Assembly (NCBI GenBank): GCA_964016885.1
Contig: OZ024741.1
Location: 82,522,001 to 82,586,000 of the forward strand
DNA: 64,000 bases
Reading direction: 5' to 3'
Source: Eledone cirrhosa
Lineage: Eukaryota
The notes under the pieces are model-generated. The model searched no databases. It saw only the letters and a list, made by a program, of their open reading frames with translations, and was not told where the DNA came from. Shown here one piece after another: positions 56,067 to 64,000 of the stretch; the first letter of the stretch is position 1; the number at the start of each line of letters is the position of its first letter. The translations under genes and the position numbers were made by a program.

Positions 56067-56325
56067 AACAAGTATGACACGACGGCAGAGCTCAAGCCGT
56101 TTCGACGGCTATTTCTGGACGAAACGGCTTGAGCTCTGCCGTCGGGGGTCATACTTGTTCCTATTACCCACTCAACTACCCTAAGTATTGAGTACTTTGG
56201 TGCGTTATTGTCCATCTGGTTCCTTACAACAATTGCTTCGTTATATATATATATATATATATATATGAATTAGCGCCAGTTCGTAATTTGAACTCGGGAA
56301 TTTTATATTCTCCGAGTGAAAAGAT

Positions 56326-56409
56326 CCTTCTGACGAGAGTTTATCTTTGCAATGGATGCCGTACGGACTCTCCATTTATTTTTGAGACTCGAAACCGATT
56401 CGGTACAGG
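56326..56409 (+). ncRNA. Canonical-core type-I hammerhead with extended stem II
   Basis: cctt CTGACGA gagttt..gagactc GAAA ccg-att-cgg TA cagg. Confidence 0.78.
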
Positions 56410-56631
56410 TAAGCATAGTGAGTACAGTGAATTTTTTGAAATTTATTTTGAAACTTTTTCTTATTTTCTAAATCATGAGTATATATATATATACTTGACT
56501 CTGTTTTCCGTTTATTTTTCACCGAAAGTAGCTTTTGAATGCATCTTCTCTTTTCATGATATCCGGATTACATTGAGTTCTTCATACGGATTGGACACTA
56601 CCGTAAACTTTTGGTAGATTTATCTACATAT

Positions 56632-56711
<80 letters not shown>

Positions 56712-57177
56712 ATGTACGTATGTATGGATGATTGTATGTTGATATTTTCTTCTCTTCGCGTTATAGCTACTGTCGCTCAGAGAATGGGATTGGCTCGGTG
56801 CACAGTCTTTCCACTCTTTAAAAAATATATTCACGCACAGGCATTGCACGATAGAATTAATTAACAATTATTTATAATGGTTTATCGTGCAATGGCCATA
56901 CTCGATAACGAGGGGGCAGCCATATACATGTATGTATATAATAGTTAATATAATAATTGTTTCTACTTTTGGCACAAGGCCAGAATTAACCAATGCATTA
57001 CTGGTACTTTATTTTATCGACCCCATAAGGATGAAAGGCAAAGTTAACCTCGACGGGATTTGAAACCCACGCCTACTCTGAAATCATCTCTCGCAATAAA
57101 TAAATCAATGATACAAATAAATAACTAGGCTACAATTTTTAAGTATATGCATTCATTTCTCTCTCTCTTTATCTCGT

Positions 57178-57298
<121 letters not shown>

Positions 57299-58591
57299 TT
57301 GTGTGTGTGTGTGTGTGCGTGCGTGTGTGTGTATATGTATATATACATATATACATATTTGTGTGTAACATTGTCGTCGTTTTAAGACGATACTATATTG
57401 CCAAGAAGTTAAATCGTTAATTTAGTTTTCTTAATGCTTCAACAATTTCTATATCATGGCGAGTATTTCTCGCAACACTCTCCCTATTGGAAGATCCAGA
57501 TTCACAATCTCCTCTGAACCACCATCATCCCATCATCCACCAGCAACAGCACCAACATTTCCGCCTTCATTAACACCATCTCCACTATTATTTAAAGCAC
57601 TTTCCCCACCATCACCACCATCAACACCACCGCCACCTCCACCACCACCACCACCACCACCACCACTAGCACCAGCACCATCATCACCACCACCACCACC
57701 ACTTCATCCATCAGTAACACAGACAGCGCCACCATCTACATAACAACCACCATCTACATAACCACCACCTACATAACCACCATCCACATAACCACCACCA
57801 CCTCCCCAAATATCCCACGCCGAACCATCCTACCCTACCTCATAGACCGATACCTTCACCACCACCTCTATAAACCTCATTTCTATCTCCATCAACACCG
57901 GCATCTCCTACACTATCAACCTCCAATCCACCACCACCACCAACAACAACACTTCCACTTATTGTTCTCTCTTTCTCTCTTCTTACTCTTTCTCTATGTT
58001 TCTATCTTTCTTTCTCTATATCTTATTCTTTTATCTTTCCACCCATCTGTCTTTCTCTTTCTCCCTCTTTTTCTGTGTATTTTATATTTCTTCTATGTTT
58101 TTCTTTTTATATCTCTCTCTGTTTTTCTGTCCTTCTCTTTCTCCCTCTCTATATCATTGTTCACCACTCCCTCTCCCACGCCGATATTCTCTACAACATT
58201 TCGATTTAGTTACTCTTACTCAGGTTTTCAAATCATTATAAATTTCCAATAATGTACAAGAAGTAAATTTAATTGCTTTTGAATTAATGGTAGAAGCAAG
58301 GAAATTTCACTGAGCAGGTAATTAATATTTTGTACTTCTGCCAATAATTAACGAAGAGTCTTCGTTTACAAAAGAAAGAAAAAAAATTGTTTTCGCATTT
58401 TCGGATAAATACTGTTGTTTCATTCTTTTACAATTACCATTATTATCATTTTTTTTATTTTCATTATTATCATTATTCTTATTCTTATTCTTAATCTTCT
58501 TATTGTTGTTATTGTAGTTGTTATTATTTTTATTAGTTTTATTGTTTTTCCTTTTCCTTCAGTATTGTTTCTGATATATGCCCAATGTAAA

Positions 58592-58660
58592 TTCTTCTTC
58601 TTCTTCTTCTTCTCCTTCTTCTTCTTCTTCTTCTTCTTCTTCTTCTTCTTCTTCTTCTCC

Positions 58661-58742
<82 letters not shown>
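58592..58742. repeat. (TTC)n(TTA)n microsatellite; (CCA)n-rich tract at about 57520-57950
   Basis: Directly visible. Confidence 0.95.
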
Positions 58743-58744
<2 letters not shown>

Positions 58745-59844
58745 GTTTCATTTACTTCTAGCAGTTTCCTTGTCGTTTTTTGTATTCCTGCGTTTATTAG
58801 TTCGTTAGTTCGTCTTTTTGTTGCTTTTTTTTCATGTTTTTTTTAATTATTTCCCAGTGATACTGTTTAAGAATCTATTTAGACTATGTAATCTAATTAC
58901 ATTTAAATAAGATGTTGGCAAAACGAGTAAAACAAAAGAAGCCACTTTGCTCAATCTATCAATCCATCCTTGTTTCCATCGATTGTCAAAAACCGTCCTG
59001 CCTCCACCACACTTATAAACTCACTTTTACTACCTTAAGTAAAGCAAGAGTGACATTCCTAATTCAATCTGTGAATAGTTACCTCTAGCCTTTTTCAACC
59101 CTTGTTCTGCCTTACAATTCAATCCCTCCTCATCTGAATTTTACACATTAATGTAAGTGCATGGAACTGTTCGCTTGGTCTACTAGAAATAGAAACTAAA
59201 TCACATCCGGAATAACACATGCGAAAATTTAATGATTCAAAATATGAGAAGACGATCAGACCTGTAAAAACAAACACACATATAATCCATAAAAATAATT
59301 AAGAACGCAAAATAAACCCACACTTATTTTGTCTTAAAGAAACATACAAATGAAGAAGAAGAAGAAGAAAAAAAAAAAAACTGCAACAAAGTCTATGTGT
59401 TTAGCCGTAAACTTGCAAAAGGATATTGCTATTTTGCATGCATTTCACAGTAACAGAGAAAATTCTCTAACACATACACACATACTAACATTCGACTTCC
59501 CCATATCTATCTTCTTTTACATCTCAATGAATGTGATTAAAGTTGGTCGGTCGTCCAGGGTACATGGGTTATGTACCAGTCTTTTTGTTTCTCTAACTCA
59601 CTTTCTTCTTCATTCCGAGGAATTTCAGGACGAAATATTAAAAGCATTTTTCCCTAAGTAGGAAACTGATATCTCACATTCTAATAACCCGTGCCATATG
59701 TTCCATATTTTCTTTGTAATACATTCTCCACGCTGATACCTATTTTCATGTAAATTGTTTCCTGAAATTCCAATATAGTATTTCCAAGTATCACTTTAGA
59801 ATACTTTGTAATGGTTCATTTTAGCTTTACTTTCAGCTATTGCC

Positions 59845-60160
59845 CGGTAGACAGAAGCAGGCCCCAGAGTCTTTCTGGTTGAGCCGACACTCCCCTATGA
59901 GAGACGCGTTGATGAGCAGTGTGTGTACAAGAAGAAGAAGTACGAAAGCATTGCCAGATAGGTAAAAAGAGAAGGGTATCAATTCATAATAATATCTGTA
60001 GAAGTTGACGATTATTCATAACACCCAGGTGCTAACTAATAGATCAGCTTCTAATGAAAGGTCGGAAAAGAACAGCAGCGATCAAACGCCTGTCACTCAC
60101 AGCCGAGAAAAGCTCAATATGGCTATGTTCGAAGAGGAATCGCAACTGGAACTGAGTTAG
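59845..60160 (+). pseudogene. RLE-type non-LTR retrotransposon C-terminus (HERO/NeSL-like)
   Basis: LVEPTLPYERRVDEQCVYKKKKY..GYQ..SVEV..GRKRTAAIKRLSLTAEKSSIWLCSKR resembles the ELTVPWE..ERK..KY..VEVG..AE..S.WLW.KR signature. Confidence 0.68.
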
Positions 60161-60906
60161 GATATATCAAGTTGCGAACACTGGTTGCTGTTTAAATAAA
60201 TGTGAAGCATTAGTTCTAGCGATGATATTTGTCACAGTTTGGTGTAAATCAGAGGAATGTGAGACAAGATCACCGGCTGGAAGAGGAATACAGCACGAGG
60301 ACGCCTTGGAATCATGGCCTGGGAGGGCCCGGTTCCCTTAGATTTTAGGAGAAATCAAAGGCCGACACACTTGTGAACGGAAGTTTATGAGAATGTGTAA
60401 AGCGACTCATAATAGACAATGTCACAGCTCGTTTTCACAGAATTTTTGTTTTGTACAAAGCAGTGACACGGAAAAAAAAAACACGTAGTTGCGAAACGAA
60501 ATATTTCCCCGCACAACCATGTGTGGTGGTCAGAATTAACACCAACGTCGCGTCGCATTGATATTGATATTGATAACGCTACATAAGACAATTCATATAG
60601 AACAAGAGCCATATTTGCTATTAACATTAGTAGAATAGAAGAAGCGGTATTAATAATTCATTACTTCACTTGTCGGTTAGTAACAATATAAGCATATGAG
60701 ACAGGTCAACTAGTCTCTACTGCAACTATTTTCCAACACTTGCGGCCGAGATAAGAATGAACTGCTTTCTCTCATTCTCAATAATATAAGTTAAAAGATG
60801 TCTTTCTTTGAAAGATATTTAGAAATAAAATCTATATAATCTATCCAATTCACTCTGTGTATCATTGCAATCTTCGGATCACTCACTTGGTTTTATGAAT
60901 TTTTAG

Positions 60907-60999
<93 letters not shown>

Positions 61000-61046
61000 C
61001 TGTATATGTATATAAATAAATATACATGTATATATATGTATATATG

Positions 61047-61088
<42 letters not shown>

Positions 61089-61257
61089 TACATATATAGG
61101 AAAGTGTTTAACCCCGACGGCAGATATCAAGCCTTTTCGACGGCTATTTGAGCTCTGCGGTCGGGGTTAAACATTTTCCTATTACCCATTCTACTACCGT
61201 AAGTATTGAGTACTCTGGTGCGTTATGGTCCATCTGGTTCCTTACCACACTTCCTTC

Positions 61258-61310
<53 letters not shown>

Positions 61311-61316
<6 letters not shown>

Positions 61317-64000
61317 ATACTTGGGGAGGGTCATATTTGAGTAATGTTGCCAGAATTAATAACAGAACACACTCACTGTTTGGTTGGTTTTCGCTTCTCG
61401 CTGTCTTTTATATATATATATCTGCGATCTAACTTACTCGGTCCTCAATGTTGCCATTGACTGACCGACGGTCAAAAATAATACACATACAATATAGACA
61501 CAAACGCATATATATAGTTTTTCATAAATCTTTCGTTGCACATCTGCAACAACGTCAGTGGTGCTATATTTTCCTCCTGTTGTATTGTATGTCTACGCCA
61601 TTTTTATTTAGTCTGTCTATATATTTATTTATTTATTTGCTTGTTTATTTATTTTATTTTGTCTTCTTTGCGCATGCGTTTGCGTGTGTGTATAGTGTTT
61701 TGTTTGCTGTGTGGTGGGTGACTAGTGTGTGTTTATGTGCTTGTTGTTATTGTGCTTGTGTATGTATTTATTTATTTATTTATTTTATTTTATTTACTTA
61801 TTTATACTTCTCTTAGGTCAGTGTTGTTTGTTTGGGTGTTGTTGTTATTCCATTCATTCTTTCTGTTTAGTCTTGGTCTTCTAATTTCTATTGCACTGCC
61901 CTCTCTGATTTGCCTATCTGCTGGGTCATTTCTATGTTTAGATATTAGTCTAATTTCTATGTTGTCTATGTTACCGTCATGTTGTTGTCTAGCATGTTCG
62001 TATAGTACTGACCCGTTTTTTCGTCCATTTAGTTCTCCCAAGTGTTGGTCTATCCTTTCACCTATGCTACGAGCTGTCTCAACTATGTATGTTGTTGTCA
62101 TGTTTCTGAAAGTACCCTCTGGACATCTTAAGCTAAAGACTACGTTTCTAGTTTTACAGTTTATCCGGGGGTTCACCTTACATATGATACATTTCCTATT
62201 GGTACAGTGGGTTTTCTTAAAAGGGTAGGTTTTGCTGATCAGGGATTTTATGGTGGTTCCTGGCTTTTCTAACACCTTTATTTTTAAGTGGGTCTTTCTC
62301 AGGGCCTTTCTACACTGGTTAGCTAATTTCCCTCCAGGAGTAGCGTCCACAGACATGACACTCTGGTATCTCTGGTTGTCGTACCATGAGTTGGCTTTCC
62401 CTATCTTATGTCTAGCCCTATCTAAGCTACTCCATGATTTGCTCCTGTATAATGGGCAAATTCCTTTCATGTCCAGTTCTATGAGGGTCTTATACTTCTC
62501 CATGGCTCCTTCGTATACTCTGACTCTGTCCCTTTGGTTGTAGCCAGAGAACTGCATGCGGTTGATGAAGTGTTGGATGTGTCTTTCCATTTCTGTTGGG
62601 TCGCACATGCGGGACACATTCTTCATCACTCGTACCAAATCTGCGATCAGAATATTAAACTTAGCACTACTGGACATTGCTGAGTTTTTGAGTATCAGGT
62701 ATTTGGAGGCCATGGGTTTAGCATAGTGTGAGTGGAGAATTTGGGCTCTCTCGTCTATAGTGTTAATCCAGAGTTCTGTGTCTAATACAGGTAGTCTATT
62801 GTTAGGGTGTTTGGAAGGGAAGTCGATAGTTACAGTTATACTCTGGTGTATGGAATTAGCTATCTGCTGGATGCTTTCCATCGTGCTACGTTCTAAATCA
62901 AACTTGTTAGTGCTCTCTAGTGGGAGTGTTCTTATAACTATATTGATATCGTCTACATAACGAGAGTACATGATGAAGTCTATGGAGCTCTCATTAAGGA
63001 GATATTTAAGTCTCCTTTCCCACCATACCATGAAAAGGTTGGCAACATCACCAGCTATGCTGACGCCGATGGCTGCTCCCTCATTTTGGGTGTAGATCTT
63101 CTCGTTGAACTTAAATATGTGGCCCTTTAGGGTAGTTTTGATACTAGCCCCTATTGCATGTGCGACCATTTTTCTTACCTGATCATTGTTTTGGGGGGTC
63201 CGTATAGCTTTGGTCCACCCAATACACCTTCCCATGGGAGTCTTTTTTGCCATTGAGGTTATGGTGGGGAGTCTACCTCTTATAGGTCTACTAGGGCAGA
63301 AACGTCTAAGGTCATGGCTGTCTAGGTAGTCAGTGTCGTAGGTAAGTCTAAGTAGGAGGCCCAGTTCGTCTGTGTCGACGTCGCAGAACTCCACCACACT
63401 CTCAATGATCATCTCCACACATCTTTTCACAGCGAAATCAATGTTAATGGATGGGTACAGTGACACCACATCCATGTTGCCTATTATGCAGTTGGATAGG
63501 TTCCTGTTTTTGTTGCACTCACTGATTCTGCTGAAGAGGTCCTCTGTACTGTCACATACATCTGGGGACATCTTGATTATGGGGCGTATAACGATTGAGA
63601 GGAAGTAGTAGATCCTGTAGTTACTAGCTATATTAGCTCCGCATACGGGTCTTGTTGATGGTCCTGTTGTCGGGTCGTCGACTGTCTGGTGGTCTTTGCG
63701 GAGCCTATACAAGGGTGGTATGCCATTGTTAGATGCCTGGAAGTTGTTGGCAGTGCTTCTGCTTGGCTTTAGGATGTCAGTCCACATCATCATGTGAGCG
63801 TTGATGATTTTCTCTCTCCCATCGTGTGTTTGTTGTGCAATTTCGCTCGTGTTGGTGATGTTGGATTGCATAGCCTAGATGTAGTTCGGCATGCTATCTA
63901 TTGACATCCTACCAGACTTATCCGTGGGTAGACATACTACCTCACCATCCCTTGTGCGCTGCTTGAGGCTAACGAAGCCTTCTACAGGTTTCCTCCCACG
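61311..64000 (-). mobile_element. Penelope-like element, runs off the window end; 3' pLTR 61311-61801 with HHR-like motif 61522-61563
   Basis: Long ORF (next feature); pLTR motif CTGACGT t gttgca-gatg-tgcaac GAAA. Confidence 0.92.
61802..63871 (-). CDS. PLE reverse transcriptase + GIY-YIG endonuclease (689 aa open; one in-frame TAG separates it from upstream LPTDKSGR)
   Basis: LYRLRKDH, RPVC, MDVVSLYPSI, QNEGAAIG, YSRYVDD, LPVLDTEL, CTNRKCIIC..C, NVVF..YIVETARSIGERIDQH..H, IREG..LN. Confidence 0.9.
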   Translation of the reverse strand: MQSNITNTSEIAQQTHDGREKIINAHMMMWTDILKPSRSTANNFQASNNGIPPLYRLRKDHQTVDDPTTGPSTRPVCGANIASNYRIYYFLSIVIRPIIKMSPDVCDSTEDLFSRISECNKNRNLSNCIIGNMDVVSLYPSINIDFAVKRCVEMIIESVVEFCDVDTDELGLLLRLTYDTDYLDSHDLRRFCPSRPIRGRLPTITSMAKKTPMGRCIGWTKAIRTPQNNDQVRKMVAHAIGASIKTTLKGHIFKFNEKIYTQNEGAAIGVSIAGDVANLFMVWWERRLKYLLNESSIDFIMYSRYVDDINIVIRTLPLESTNKFDLERSTMESIQQIANSIHQSITVTIDFPSKHPNNRLPVLDTELWINTIDERAQILHSHYAKPMASKYLILKNSAMSSSAKFNILIADLVRVMKNVSRMCDPTEMERHIQHFINRMQFSGYNQRDRVRVYEGAMEKYKTLIELDMKGICPLYRSKSWSSLDRARHKIGKANSWYDNQRYQSVMSVDATPGGKLANQCRKALRKTHLKIKVLEKPGTTIKSLISKTYPFKKTHCTNRKCIICKVNPRINCKTRNVVFSLRCPEGTFRNMTTTYIVETARSIGERIDQHLGELNGRKNGSVLYEHARQQHDGNIDNIEIRLISKHRNDPADRQIREGSAIEIRRPRLNRKNEWNNNNTQTNNTDLREV

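Noticed and set aside
57456-57743. Proline-rich protein
   Set aside because: (CCA)n low-complexity tract with no splice or domain evidence.

Overview
AT-rich, microsatellite-saturated eukaryotic DNA. An octopod cephalopod source is likely but inferred only from abundant tRNA-derived SINEs with a Nin/Deu-type core. I found no host exon. The window is mostly old and recent mobile DNA. It holds at least seven Penelope-like element (PLE) ORFs or remnants (RT + GIY-YIG), including a 689-aa open ORF at 61802-63871. It also holds Helitron Rep fragments and a non-autonomous Helitron, fragments of RTE-X-like, HERO-like and other LINEs, SINEs, and minisatellites. The main pattern, read by eye, is about 20 type-I hammerhead ribozyme (HHR) motifs in more than 10 unrelated repeat families. 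Most sit in non-coding elements inserted into (TA)n tracts with one architecture: slightly more than one 260-660 nt unit in tandem plus an inverted arm. They look like PLE-mobilised, circularly permuted, retrozyme-like RNAs. Several families carry recurrent non-canonical cores (U3:A8 covariation, A8, U9) and large stem II insertions. One family shows a fixed second-priming site 17 nt 3' of the predicted cleavage site. All folds and family calls are manual, element boundaries are approximate, and ribozyme activity is untested.
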